From positions 186,001 through 250,000 of the forward strand of contig OZ025731.1 of assembly GCA_964019335.1 (NCBI GenBank): 64,000 nt of DNA, read 5' to 3'. This document shows, piece after piece, positions 21,355 through 34,117 of the stretch; position 1 is the stretch's first letter, and each line of letters begins with the position of its first letter. The notes under the pieces are model-generated. The model saw only the letters and a list, made by a program, of their open reading frames with translations. It was not told the DNA's origin and did not search any database. The stretch is from Diplonema japonicum. Taxonomy: Eukaryota > Protista > Euglenozoa: Diplonemea. A program made the position numbers and the translations under genes.

Positions 21355-23143
21355 ATGGAAGGTGACAAACCACCCGAGGAAGCATGGGTCAGGGGGAGGG
21401 ACTACCGAAGAGGACACAAGCTGGGAAAAGGCGGCTTCGGTGTTGTGTACGAGTGCATCAACCTTCGACCGAGACACGGCGAAGGGCTGCAGCTCGCAAG
21501 GGGCGCACTCTTCGCCGAGAAAATCGTGGACCTCCCCTTCATGAACGATCCGCAACGCGTCAGAGATCTCGACCACGAAATCAAAATCCTATCAGAACTA
21601 GAACACCCCCACATCGTCAGATACTATGGAAGCAGCATCTCAGGAAAACAACAAGACCGCTTCCACCTGTTCATGGAGTACGTCCCAGGCGGTTCCCTCC
21701 ATGACATTGTAAGGCAGTTCGGCCTCCTTTCTGAAGTCGTTGTGCAAACCTACACAGAACAGATCTTACAAGCCCTTGACTACCTCCACAGCAGGGGGTA
21801 TATACACCGCGACCTCAAGGCTTCAAACATATTAATATCAACAAGCTCGGTTGTGAAGGTTACGGATTTCGGAACCTGTCACAAGATTATGTCGACGCAT
21901 TCCATGCAAGTTGAAGAACGCCTTGCCGGGACACCGTTTTTCTTCCCACCTGAAAGGGTGTTAGAGCGTAAGATAGGACCGCAAACTGATATTTGGGCGT
22001 TGGGTTGTGTCGTGCTGGAAATGCTGAACGGGAAGGTGCCATTTAGTACCGGTTCGAATTATATGCAGGTTGCGTACAGAGTGGGTAGTGGTGAGACGCC
22101 CCATGTTCCTGCAACGGCATCGCGGGTTTTGAAAGAATTTGTCGGGGAATGTTTCAAACCAGCTGAAGAACGTCCATCTGCAGCAACACTGCTTACCCAT
22201 GCGTTTATCACCGAACCGTTAACGGTAGATGAGGATTCTATTGACACTTCCGACGAGGAGGAAGAAGCAGGCGGGAGTCTTTACGAACGACTGTCTTCAC
22301 CAACATACACCGACACCGGAATTGTTCTTCCGTCAACGCTGAACGAAGACAGCGGTGTGCCTGGGATCAGCAATGAGGTTACAACATTGCATTCTTCATC
22401 GCCAGCACAGTCCACTATCGAACCCGATTCAGCTTTACAAGTTGAAATACCCTCAATTTCATACAGCAAGAAAGCTCTCACGTTGCAACGTATAGTAAAG
22501 CTTGGTTTGAAAGGCGCGTGCCGTTTATTTGGAATCGGGTTTGTGATGAGCCATTTCAACTATTACATGCGGCCCTCTCACGCGAAAGAGCTCTCTCCCA
22601 TTGAAGCCTCTCCTGCGTACAACGGGAATACGTTCTCTCGTGTCGGGCAGGTGGATACAAACAGCAAGCCGCCTCATTCTTTGGGGACAAAAGCTGCAAT
22701 GTGGTTAATTGGGAGATCGGCGCCGCCTGCATATTTAGCATCGCCAGATGACAGGATGCACAATCACTGCGGCTGGAAGCATGAAGGAGGCTTGTCATCC
22801 TCTGAAATGAACCCGTCTGGAAAACCTTTAGAGGTTGTGTATAAACTCCCGAAAAGCAAGAAGCTCATGGTGACTGTAATCGGCATACTGAGCGTCACGG
22901 TATTGGGGAAAAAAAAAAAAAGAAAAAAAAATTTTTTTTTTTTAGGCGCTCGTTGAGCTTATTCTGTTTCTTAAGGAGTCAAGGCGGATGATGAGGGTGC
23001 TTGAAGAGGAGAGTGCTGTTGATAAAAGTGTTTCAGGTACTCCGAGGAGTGTGATGAGCAAGCCTGGTTGTAACAAGGCAGTTGGGTTGTGTAGAGTAGA
23101 GAGGTTCATTAAACATATGAGCAAGCAGCGGCACTGTACCTGA
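21355..23143 (+). CDS. STE11/MAP3K-like kinase with C-terminal transmembrane segment; intron 22900-22945
   Basis: GKGGFG, LFMEYVPGGSL, HRDLKASN, DFG, DIWALGC. Splicing yields LMVTVIGILSVT|ALVELILFL and a stop at 23143. Confidence 0.88.
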
Positions 23144-23522
23144 GATATGCACCATCACTCGCTTCTCCGATTTTTTTTTTTTGTTCTGTCTAGTTATGAT
23201 TTTCTCGCTTTCTTCTTTCTACTTATCTATCCCGGGCCTGTCTAGTTTTATTTTTATTTGTTCTTGTTTCCATAGCATCCCCCCCCTTCCCTCCCATTGT
23301 TCTCTCGCGATGTGTGCTTGAATGAAAAAAAGATTTTTTTTTCTTACAAAGAGAATTCATCTTTTAGAAAGGAAAAAGAGGGGGGAAAAAAAGGAGAGAA
23401 AAAAAAAAAGAAAGAAAAAAAAAGTTTGTTTGTGCGCACGAGCTGTATTTTTAGCTAATAAAATAACTCATTACGCTGCCATCAACTAGTTTTTTTTTCT
23501 TTCTTTCTTTTTGACAATAGTA

Positions 23523-23560
<38 letters not shown>

Positions 23561-23976
23561 CAGAAACAAAAAATAAAAGCAGGTCCCAGGGAAAGCGGCG
23601 GGTGCACTTGCATGAGGAACACAAGGAAAAAAAAGGGGGGGAATAAAAAAAAATAAAATAAAGGCTTTTAATGTGTTGTTCTTATAAAACCAATAAAGTG
23701 CTGGTATTCCCTGCATGGTAACACACATTTCTTTTTTTTTTTTCTTCCTCTCTCTCTCTCTCTTTTTTTTATTTTTTTTTATTTTCTATCTTGCGCAAGA
23801 ACGAATCTTCTACTTGTCGAAACAAGAAGAAAAGAAAAAAAAAAGAGAAAGAAATCCTACAACAAAAGAAACCCCGAGTTGGTCAGACTCCCAAAATATA
23901 ATAAGGAAAAAAAAAATATAAAAAAAGCCGGACCTTTTCTTACAGCTTATCGGAAGAAAAAAAAAAAAAAGGAACG

Positions 23977-24014
<38 letters not shown>

Positions 24015-24228
24015 AATTGCCCCCTCCTTTTTTTTTTTTTTTACCCCTTCTTTTTTTTTTTTTCGGAGGTGGGCCCTCAAGTTGGATTTGCCCTTAAACA
24101 TCGTCCCCCCCCTTTTTTCATTCCCGCGACCCCCCCCCCCCCCCCAGTTATTTTTTCATTAAAAATTTTTTTTTGTTCCTCCCCCCGACCAAACAACAAA
24201 AAAAAGGAAAAAGAAAAAAAGAAAAAAA

Positions 24229-26548
24229 ATGTATGGAACACCGCGTGACTATGGAAGACATACATACATAGAGGAAAGGGACAAGCAAGGTGTGGTGGTG
24301 AAGAGATACCTTCACGGGAAACTTCTAGGGAAAGGCGGTTTCGCAAAATGCTATTTGGTAACGGACAGCGACACACAAGAGGATATGGCGGTCAAAGTGA
24401 TCGACAAGTCCAGCCTCACAAAACCAAAAATGAAGAACAAGCTGGTCAGCGAGATCAAAATCCACTCCATGATGAACCACCCAAACCTCGTTCAATATAA
24501 ACACTGTTTCGAGGACGACCGCAACGTCTACATAATGCTGGAGCTCTGCACGGAACAAACCCTCATGGAACACAGCAAGAGAAAACGCCGCTTCACAGAG
24601 CTCGAGACATCATACCTCATCGACCAGTGCCTGAAGGGCATCAGCTATATGCACGGCCACGCCGTCATCCACAGAGACCTCAAACTCTCAAACCTACTTT
24701 TAAACTCCAAAATGGAGGTCAAAATCGCCGATTTCGGTCTCGCAACCCAACTAGACTACGATGGCGAGCGCAAGAGAACCATCTGCGGTACCCCCAACTA
24801 CATAGCACCGGAAATCCTCGAAGGCGGGCACAAAGGGCACTCTTACGAAGTCGATATCTGGTCGCTTGGTGTGATCCTGTACACGCTGTTGGTGGGGAAG
24901 CCGCCTTTTGAAATGTCCGACAGGAACTCGACGTACCGCCGTATCAGGCAGGTCAGCTACTCCTTCCCCCCCGATCTGCACATATCTTCCGAGGCCAAGA
25001 ACCTTGTGCGGCGCATTCTCCAGGCGGATCCCGAGAAGCGTCCTACTTTGGAGAGCGTTGAAAACGACCCGTTTTTCAGATTGTACCCCCCGCCCTCCAT
25101 GGCGCCGCTTTCCCTCTTCCAGCCAGGCACCTCTTCATACGTAGCTCACGAACGCCGTCTTCTCGACGCTGGGCTGTTGGACCGGTACTCTGGTGCGAGG
25201 AGGGTTCCCTCGCAAGGCAGGTCACCTTTAACACGTATTGATGGGAACGCTGGGTTGTACAGAGGGTCGTCGGTGCCTCGTGGTGGGTCGATGTCAAGGA
25301 TGTCATCGCAGCCTGTTAAAACGCCTCAGCAGTACCCTGCAGGAGGGCATAAAGACCCGCTTGCCGGGCTGCGCAGTGTTGGGGGCTACGAGAACTGGTC
25401 GCCGTCGTACAGGAGCAACAGCGCGAGCAGCCCGAGGAAGTCTGCGGGGACCTACAGGATGGACAGGGGTGAGGATAAATACGCTGCGTTGTCGCCGCCC
25501 GCGTTGCAGGGTGGGGGGAACCTCCCGCCACCGTCATTGTCAACATCGCCTCAATCACCTTACGCCGCTACCAGAAGCAGCACTACCGCAACGCACAGTG
25601 CGGTACCAGGCGTTTTCTCCCCGCAGCCCCGTGGGTACGGCGTTGCCGGGCATACACCACCACCGCAGACACAGAGGTTCAGTCCGAAGTATGGATCATC
25701 GCCTGATTCGTCGCCGGATTTCGCTGCGGCAGTTCTCAGTAGATCGCCGTCTGCAGGTCTTGCTGGTGCAAGGTCACCGTCAGCAGGCGGGATTTCACGA
25801 TCGCCTTCACAGCCGTATCAATATTCAGCAGCCACGACGACGCACAACATCCCGCCACCGCAGATCCCGACACCGACCCCACAGAGGGGGAGGGCAGGGA
25901 GCATCCCACACCACACCCCACCGCAAGCAACACCGTTGGTGGAAACAGCTGACCTCAAGGCGCACAGAGCAGGGGAGGTCGAACAAGACGATGACAAGGA
26001 CATCACACTGATGCAGAACAACCTTGAGAGGACGATGAACGGGTTGAAGGAGGACCTTGTGCCTGCTCCACAGGCGTCTCCCACACACGAGGCAGACGAA
26101 GACCAATGCAGCATAACATGTTACTCAGACTTCACCGACAAGTACGGGATGTGCTACCTAATGAACAACGGCAACATCGGCGTGCACTTCAACGACAGCA
26201 CGAAGATGGTGTGGGATGCGACTGCAAACGTTGTGCAGTACGTTTCAAGAGGGAAGATGGACGCTAATGGTGTCCCCGCTGGTGAGGACCGCCTGTTCTG
26301 CACAATTGAGGACTACCCCGAGACCTTGAAGAAGAAGATTACGTTGATTTCGTACTTCAAGAACTACCTGACGCGCACTAGGAACCCCAAGGACTACAGG
26401 CAGTACGAGGTGGTGCAGTGCGGGAAAGGCAAACTACCGATCCCATCTGTAGAGACTGACCTTGTCTATGTGAAGAGGTGGTCTAAAACCCGTTATGCCA
26501 GCATCTTTAGGCTGTCGAACAAGTCTGTGCAGGTGTGTGAGGGAGGGG

Positions 26549-26580
<32 letters not shown>

Positions 26581-26724
26581 TATCGTTCTTCGACGGGACT
26601 GAGATACTTCTCTTCAGTGAGGCACGACAGGTAACTTACACAGACGAGCTGGGTTGTGCCTCAACCTTCGCTCTGACTTCAATGCTTACGCATCCTAAGG
26701 TTTGTGAAGGGAGGAGGGAGGAGG

Positions 26725-26781
<57 letters not shown>

Positions 26782-26847
26782 CCTGAAATCGCCCAGCGGC
26801 TGAAATATACGAAGGAGATAATCAACCGATTGATCAACAAGGCATGA
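24229..26847 (+). CDS. PLK: Polo-like kinase; introns 26533-26579 and 26700-26781
   Basis: GKGGFAKC, GERKRTICGTPNYIAPE; polo boxes DFTDKYGMCY...GVHFNDSTK and IFRLSNKSVQ|VSFFDGTEI...RLKY. Confidence 0.95.
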
Positions 26848-27910
26848 TGACCGGATTTTTTAATTTTTTTTTTTTTTTTATATTAGATTGTCTAGATTTT
26901 TTTTTTGTAGAATCCCCCCCTCTTTTTTTCTTTATATTTTGATAGATAGAAATTTGCTGTGATGTGATAGTTTTGTGTTTTAGATGAATAAAATATTTTT
27001 TTTTAAAAAAAGTGATTTTTTCTGTTTTTGTTTTCTCATTCCGTTTGGTTTTTCAAAGCAAAACATGGGAAGGGACAATGAAGGGAGGAAGAAATAAAAA
27101 AGCAGGGAGGAAGAAGAAGAAGAAAGGAAAAAGAAGAAAAAAAAAGGAGCTAGGGAAAGGTGCCAGTGGATGGCATCTTCATTAGTTTCTGTTTTATTCT
27201 TGCAGTGAGGGGATTTCCCCCCCCTCCCCTCCCTATTTTTTTCATTCTTTCCCCTTTCCTTTTTATTTTTTTTCCGAAATGTCTGTAAAATGTTCAAAGT
27301 AAGGTTAGGGGAAATCCATATGGGCTATAGACTTCTTTTGACCATTAAGTGTGTGTGTGTGTGTTGGCTTCTCTTTTTTTTTATTTTTTATTTTTTTTTT
27401 TTTATTTTCATTTTTTTTTAAATAATAAATAAGGAGATATTAAAAGTAGTTGTAACTATTTTTTTACTTCAGTGCAGAGAATATGGCGAAAGGAAGGAGA
27501 AAAGAGTGGGCTCAGAAAGAAATGAATGAGGAAAAGAAAAAAAAGGAGGGATAAGAAAAATGTCGCTTTGAACCCCAAGAAGCAGTTTCTTTTTCTTTCT
27601 TTCTTTCTTTTTCTTTTTGAGGGAACGAAACTGCTTATTTTTTATTTTTTTTTTCCAAAGGAAAGAAAGAACTGTGTCAAAAATACTGAGCTCTTACCTT
27701 CATTTTTTTTTTTCTCTCTCTCTCTTTTTTTTTTTTTTTTTTTTTTTTTTCTAGACGTTCCCTCTCTCTCCTCCTTTTATTTTTCCCCCCTTGTACACTT
27801 CATCTTGAAATGTGAGGTTTTTCTTTTTTGATGTTTTGATTTCCCCCCCTTTTTTTTCTGCGCTGGATGTTCTTATTCGCCCCCCCCCCCCCCCCCACCA
27901 CCCACCCCAA

Positions 27911-27939
27911 CTTTCTTTTCTTTTTTCTTTTCTTTTTTC

Positions 27940-27970
<31 letters not shown>

Positions 27971-28245
27971 CTTTTCTTTTCTTTTCTTTTCTTTTCTTTT
28001 CTTTTCTTTTCTTTTCTTTTCTTTTCTTTTCTTTTCTTTTCTTTTCTTTTCTTTTCTTTTCTTTTCTTTTCTTTTCTTTTCTTTTTTTTTCTTTTCTTTT
28101 CTTTTCTTTTCTTTTCTTTTCTTTTCTTTTCTTTTCTTTTTCTTTTCTTTTTCTTTTCTTTTTCTTTTCTTTTTCTTTTCTTTTTCTTTCTTTTCTTTTT
28201 CTTTTTCTTTTCTTTTTCTTTTCTTTTTCTTTTCTTTTCTTTTCT
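27911..28245 (+). repeat. (CTTTT)n pentanucleotide microsatellite, degenerating at both ends
   Basis: Directly visible; source of the poly-K/poly-F ORFs. Confidence 0.95.
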
Positions 28246-28695
28246 CATTGTGTAAGTTTAAAAAAAAAAAAAAAACAATCAGCTCTCCCTTCCTTTCCCT
28301 CACCCCTTAAATATATTTCTCATTAGAAATACACCCTTCCCCCACGAGGATCCGGCTCGCTTGAAACAACGAATGCAACTGAATGGGGATGATAGCCAGC
28401 CACTTATTTGAAAAAAAAAAAGAAAAAAAAAAAGGGTGTGTTGGGCGTGCCGACCGTACCCACCCTTCCCCAGGTGCTTGTTGTGCGGCTTTCTTGTAAG
28501 AAAGCTTTTTCCCTTTTTTTTTTTAACCCGTGGTTCCTCCCCCATATTCCTCTCTTCTAGATGGTCCCCTCCCCCCTACGTCCTTAGAAAAAAAATTTCT
28601 TCTTCTTTTTTTCTCTTTTTTTTTCTCTTCAGTACTATCACATCGAAAAAAAAAAGAAGGGGAAAAAAAAAAAACAAGAAAAAAAAAAAAAAAAA

Positions 28696-29091
28696 ATGCT
28701 TCGGCAACTGGTCCTCCGTGGCGGTGCGAGAAAATCAGCAAGCACAATACACTGCACAGTGGTGCAGCGGAGGTGGGAAACAAGGGGCAACCCGAAGCCG
28801 GAGGGTCAAGAAGGCCAACAGAAACCGTCGCTGCCGAAGTTGATCGCCCAGCTCACGATGCTGATGTGCCTGGCTGCAATGGGTTTTTACGTTTGTGTAG
28901 GTCTCCCCGCGGGCTATGTTCTTAGAAAGGTTGGGCTGCTGTCAACCCCCGTGGCGGTGGAACACCTGGAATCTTATCAGCTGGAGGCGCTGAGGGACGA
29001 CGTCAAAATTATAGAAAAAGACGTGTGGCTGCTAGAGAGAGACATCAAAGAGCTGGAAAAAAAATATGTGCCACGTGCATCTTCCGCATAG
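28696..29091 (+). CDS. Small single-pass membrane protein with probable mitochondrial presequence and C-terminal coiled coil
   Basis: MLRQLVLRGGAR presequence-like start, hydrophobic LIAQLTMLMCLAAMGFYVCVGL, poly(A) before ATG. Confidence 0.75.
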   Translation: MLRQLVLRGGARKSASTIHCTVVQRRWETRGNPKPEGQEGQQKPSLPKLIAQLTMLMCLAAMGFYVCVGLPAGYVLRKVGLLSTPVAVEHLESYQLEALRDDVKIIEKDVWLLERDIKELEKKYVPRASSA

Positions 29092-29168
29092 TGTTTCTCT
29101 ATTATTATCGTTCCCAACCTTCCCTCCCCCCCCACACCGCATGTAGCAAAAGAAAAAAAAAAAAAAAA

Positions 29169-30443
29169 ATGAGGGCTGCCGCGGCAGCACGGTCATCGCC
29201 ACCATCAGGGTTGAAAACCACAGTTGTAAACCCGGGTTTTGAAGGGTATCACGATGCGAGGGAACTGGTATATAAATATTTTTTTTAAAAAAAAAGAAAT
29301 TACCCCCCCCCCCCCCCCCCCCCACAGCACGCGATCGACCAGAAAATCTTCCTCGACACAGAAAGACAGAAGCGGATCTTCGACCCAAAGGTGCGCACCA
29401 TCGGGATAGACAAGCAACGCCTCGACGAGCAGGTCTATGAAAGACAGCAATTGAAACGGTTGGAACAAGACAGGGAAGACTGGATCGACAAACAACAGGT
29501 CCAGCAGGACAAGCACGCCCAGGCATTGCAAGCGGAGTCCGAACTGATACGAATGCAACGGGAGCGCGACGTGCAATGGTACAGGGACACGTACCAGAGA
29601 AAACACGCCGGGAGGGAGTGGCACCTGAACGACCCGAACGCCAAGAGAAAGGACCTCCCCGCGAGGGTGGGCGACTACGACCCACGATGCGGGCCCTCGG
29701 GCCTTCAAAAATTCGACGGTGAAGACCTCGACATCCAGCAGCGGATGAGAATTCAACACGACGAGATCCGACAAGGCCTCGACAGACAGCTCGAAGAGCA
29801 ACGTTTGAAAAAATGGAGAGAAGATCAACTAGACGGTGTGTGGGAGGAACGGGCAGAAGAGATAAAACGCAAGATATTCGAGGCGGAACAGCTTGCAAAA
29901 ATGCAAAGACGCCAGGCGACAAAAACAACAGCGGACTTCAACAGAGCACTGGCAGACTTCAAGAAAAAAGAAGCGGAGGCAGCCCGTCGACACGGTGAGG
30001 CACAGTCTCTTGAAGACATTCAAAACCAGCTCAACAGTGGTCTTCTAAATGAGCGGGACGAGGTGATGCTGAACGGAAGGCGGAGCAATGCAAAAGGCCT
30101 CCACGGCGACCAGCTCCAAGAGATCTACAACCAGCAGGCCCAACAGCAAGAAGAGCTCAGACAGCGGAGGATCCGTGAGGCTGAGGAAGAGAAGCTTGCG
30201 TGCGCGCGGGATGCGCAACACCATGCCATGTCGCTCATGCTGGAGAAACAGTTGTTTAATGAAAAAAGAGCCCTCCGGCAGCAGTTGGACTCCGACAATG
30301 CGAAGCAACGCCGCCTTGCGCTGGAGCAAGCTGCAGAGCGCAGGCGACTGTACGCCCAGGAGGTCGGCGAGCAGTTCTTTGAGCCCTTCGTGCCCCCTCG
30401 CTATCACGATGGGGTACCTGAAAAGAGAAAACCAACGCGTTAG
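29169..30443 (+). CDS. RIB43A: RIB43A-like flagellar protofilament ribbon protein; intron 29268-29327
   Basis: After splicing: ERQKRIFDPKVRTIGIDKQRLDEQV, REWHLNDP, DLPARVGDYDPRCGPSGLQKFDGED. Confidence 0.9.
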
Positions 30444-31192
30444 GAGGGCAAAAAGAAAAGATTTATTTATTTCTTTTTTTTTTTTTTTTTGTGGTCGGAA
30501 AAACGTCAGCACCTGGAGGAGTCGCGAGATTTGACCGAAACTGAGAGCTACCTAGTACTGACCATACCCTTCCCCTTTTTAGGGCATGCGGCTTTCGTCT
30601 TAAGGAGCTTGCATGTTAATTTGGGTTTTTCTTTTCTCTTGGCATTGTAAAATGTCGGTTTCTTCCCCCCTTTCCCCTCGCCCTTGCAAAATGGGCAACC
30701 CCTGTTTCCCATAAGTTGAGTTTTCTTTTTTTTTTTTTTGATTTTTACGCCCCGGATCCGTTAAGTGTCACAACGAAATCGCAAAATGACGGGCAAACAA
30801 ATTTTCCAATTGCTTTTTCTAGGGGCCGGAAAGGATTATTTCGTCCGAGGCCCAATGTGCGACACATGGGTTCTTCTGGAAAAAGATTTTCAGTGAACCT
30901 TTGGACATTTTTTTTTTTTTTTTGATTTTTCTCTATGTGGCCCCTGGGGAAAACCACTATGGACAAAGGCCGGGTCACTTAACGGATCCGAAGAGTTAAT
31001 GTTTCCACCTTCCCAGTTAAAAGTATTTCCACACCCCCTTTTTTTTTGTTTCCCCTCCTTAATTGGTGACCATCCCCACACATGTTTTGTCGTTATATCC
31101 CCCCCCCCCCCCCCCCCCACCTTTCTATTTTACTACAAAAAAAAAGAGGGGGGAAAAAAAAAGAAAAGAAGCGAGATAATAATGCTGGTACA

Positions 31193-34030
31193 ATGCCGCC
31201 CATCAACATCAACATCAAGATTCTGAGCAGTTTTGCTACCGACCCGCTGCGGGAGCCAGTCGCAAGATGGGAGGATTTGCTCAAGGGTGACGCGGTCCTG
31301 ACAGTTGAATACAGCGCATATGGCAGCGTGGAAGGCGAGCTGCTCAGAGAAAACACGTCGGGAACAGGCCGCAACACAGTGGTGGTAATACTGTACAGAC
31401 AGGATTTCAAAAGCGAGGAAAGGTATCAAGAAGTCCTCGAAAAAGCAAAAACCGGGAAAAAAACGCTGGTCCTAACAGAAGACGACGAGCAGCAAATTCT
31501 TGAAACGCACGGCTGCAAGGGTTTAAAGTGCACCGCCCCCATCTCCGTCTACAAGACAGCATCAACACCATACACACAGAAGTACTACGATATCTTAGCA
31601 GCCGTGTCAATAAGACGAGGCTTTCACGATGCTGTGAAGCCCCTTATAAAGGTTTTCTGTGTTGATCTCGACAACACCATGTGGAAGGGTGTTGTGTCGG
31701 AGGACGCGAATGTCACGCCGTTCACAGATGTACAGAAGAAACTGCAAAATCTACGAAAAGCCGGGTTTCTTTTAACGATTCTGTCGAAGAATGACAACGA
31801 CGCTGCAGCGGCAGGTCTGGAACACCCCGAGATGGTCTTGAAAGCAACGGACTTTACGTCGAGCCGTATAAACTGGATTGAAAAACACAAAAATCTCGCG
31901 GAGATGGTTGAAGGCGAACTGACATTGTCGATCTCAAGCTCTGTGTTTGTCGATGACAATCCAATGGAGATCGCGGAGATGAAGATCCACCAGCCAGATG
32001 TTGTGACCGTCCTCGTCAGCGAAAAAACCCGAGAAAACCAGCTTCGATACAATTGGATTTTCGACGCGTGGAACAGCAGCGTTGAATCGGCCGACTCCGA
32101 GCGAGCAGAACGGTACGCCAACCAACAAACACGGCGGGAGGAGGAACGTGGGTTTTCATCGTACCTCGACTTCGTCGATGCGCTGGACATGAAGACTACA
32201 ATCTCGCGCGACCTCGATAGATTCTCGCAGATGTCTCTTCGAACAAACCAGTTCAACAGCGATCCTTCTAAAAGAATGCACCCCGGTGATGTGACAGCGT
32301 TCTTGTCATCCTCGCCTTGTTCTTCGTTTTTCACTGTCTCGGCTTCTGACAAACATGGGGACCATGGTATTATCGGTGGATGTTTATACACCGTAAACAG
32401 TGGTGAGGACCTTATATCCATTGATTTGTTCATGCTTTCATGCAGGGTTTTGAACCGGGGCATCGAGCATTTGATGATACGGGAGGTTCTCTCCCGTGTC
32501 CCGGCCGGGTTTTCCCTGTCGTTCAGGGTTGAAAAAGGCCCGAAGAACCACCTCGCTGTTCGTTTCGAAGAAACAATCCGTGGGTTTTCAATGGACAAGC
32601 TGCGTGTTCTCCAGCTTAAGGACACGTTCACGGAAAAATGGACGCCGATGAAAACCGTCTTGAAAACCGAAGGCCACGCACGAAACCACATACAGGAAAC
32701 CATCGACAAGGTCGTTCTAACTCAAGGCGTTATATGGACGGAACCAACCGCCGCTCGGGAATCGACCGAAGAACCAGACATCATTCAACTTCTGAAGGAG
32801 GTCTCGGGGTGTGATGAGATAGAAGAAACGGACACCATGTCGTCCCTGGGGATCGACTCCATGAAGGTCATCCGTTTCATCTCGCTGATGTGCGCGAGGA
32901 AGATAGTACCGGAGGACTTCCAGTCCGACTTCCTGCTGCTCGATCCAACAGTCCACGACATCATACAAAACGTTTCAAGAGCAGACCCAACAACCGAGCA
33001 ACAAGAGGACCCTATGATATTCAAACAGGTGATGAAGGTAGCAACCGGGTTTCTACGGTACAAGCCTGACCCGGACGTGTGCCTCGGTGGATTGAAAGGC
33101 ATCGACGCAATGAACATACCTGAGCTCCTGGAGAGGCTGGGCAAGGGAAGCATTCCCGAGGAATGGGGGACGATCGGGTACTGCCTGGTGACGCTGCGCA
33201 AGATTGCGAGAATGCTGACCGCGTTGAAAAAAGAGAAGAAACAATCGAAGGGATGGAACCCTGCTGTAATGACGCAATCCGCATCGACCGGTGTGCTCTA
33301 TGCTGCACGGAACAACCACCTTGCCGAGCTGCAACGATCGCCCCCTTCTGAAGTATTAACAGCGCGTGACAAACACGGCCTGTCATGTCTGTCGTGGGGC
33401 GCTGGGAACGGCCACACCGATGTTGTGTCGCACTGCCTCTCCGTCGGCACCCCAGTTGACGATCGCAGCAAAGACGGTCGAACACCTTTGATGTGGGCAT
33501 GTCGGAACGGGCACCTGCAAACATGCCGCTTCCTAACCTCCCAAGGAGCCGACCCCCATGCCGTCAGCAAAAAAGGTATCACCTGTCTTCACTGGGCCAT
33601 ATGGGGTTCCGCCATTCCTGTCGCTACCTGGCTTATATCGACCCACAATTTGCTTCTTTCCACCACGAACAACTCCGGCTGCAACGGTGCCATATGGGGT
33701 GCCACCGCAGGGTCTATCTCTTTGTGCGAGTGGCTGCTTTCTCTCGGCGCCGATTTCACCCACCTCAACAAGCACGGTCACGGTGTGGTGGTGAAGGCGG
33801 CCTGGAGGGGGAACAACCCGCTCCTCGAGTGGATCTTCGACAAGACACCTGTCCCCTTGGAACACCTCTTCTACCAAGACGTTGACGGAAAGACGCCTAT
33901 CGACCTTGCGATGCGACAGAAACACGGAGAAACCGTTGACTTACTGAAGAAGAAAATGGCCACCCGCCCTGATCTGCGGGCGGTCCCAGCACCGAGTCTT
34001 GCTGATACAGACGGCCCCGTCGAGTATTGA
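31193..34030 (+). CDS. FkbH-like glyceryl transferase/phosphatase (HAD-IIIC + GNAT-like) fused to acyl carrier domain and ankyrin repeats, intronless
   Basis: VDLDNTMWKGVV, LSKN, INW..K, FVDDNPME, QMSLRTNQFN, DKHGDHGIIG, FMLSCRVLNRGIE; ACP motif SLGIDSM; ankyrin repeats (DGRTPLMWACRNGH etc.). Confidence 0.88.
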   Translation: MPPININIKILSSFATDPLREPVARWEDLLKGDAVLTVEYSAYGSVEGELLRENTSGTGRNTVVVILYRQDFKSEERYQEVLEKAKTGKKTLVLTEDDEQQILETHGCKGLKCTAPISVYKTASTPYTQKYYDILAAVSIRRGFHDAVKPLIKVFCVDLDNTMWKGVVSEDANVTPFTDVQKKLQNLRKAGFLLTILSKNDNDAAAAGLEHPEMVLKATDFTSSRINWIEKHKNLAEMVEGELTLSISSSVFVDDNPMEIAEMKIHQPDVVTVLVSEKTRENQLRYNWIFDAWNSSVESADSERAERYANQQTRREEERGFSSYLDFVDALDMKTTISRDLDRFSQMSLRTNQFNSDPSKRMHPGDVTAFLSSSPCSSFFTVSASDKHGDHGIIGGCLYTVNSGEDLISIDLFMLSCRVLNRGIEHLMIREVLSRVPAGFSLSFRVEKGPKNHLAVRFEETIRGFSMDKLRVLQLKDTFTEKWTPMKTVLKTEGHARNHIQETIDKVVLTQGVIWTEPTAARESTEEPDIIQLLKEVSGCDEIEETDTMSSLGIDSMKVIRFISLMCARKIVPEDFQSDFLLLDPTVHDIIQNVSRADPTTEQQEDPMIFKQVMKVATGFLRYKPDPDVCLGGLKGIDAMNIPELLERLGKGSIPEEWGTIGYCLVTLRKIARMLTALKKEKKQSKGWNPAVMTQSASTGVLYAARNNHLAELQRSPPSEVLTARDKHGLSCLSWGAGNGHTDVVSHCLSVGTPVDDRSKDGRTPLMWACRNGHLQTCRFLTSQGADPHAVSKKGITCLHWAIWGSAIPVATWLISTHNLLLSTTNNSGCNGAIWGATAGSISLCEWLLSLGADFTHLNKHGHGVVVKAAWRGNNPLLEWIFDKTPVPLEHLFYQDVDGKTPIDLAMRQKHGETVDLLKKKMATRPDLRAVPAPSLADTDGPVEY

Positions 34031-34117
34031 TATTCCTTTTTATTACTATCCCACGTAGTCTAAACGATACAAAAAGATTTTTAAAAAAAAAATTATTTCC
34101 CCCCAGGAAATGCGAAC

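Noticed and set aside
27751-28310. Poly-Lys/Arg and poly-Phe ORFs (also 6459-7145, 41631-42219, 62600-63517)
   Set aside because: Products of microsatellite and homopolymer tracts.
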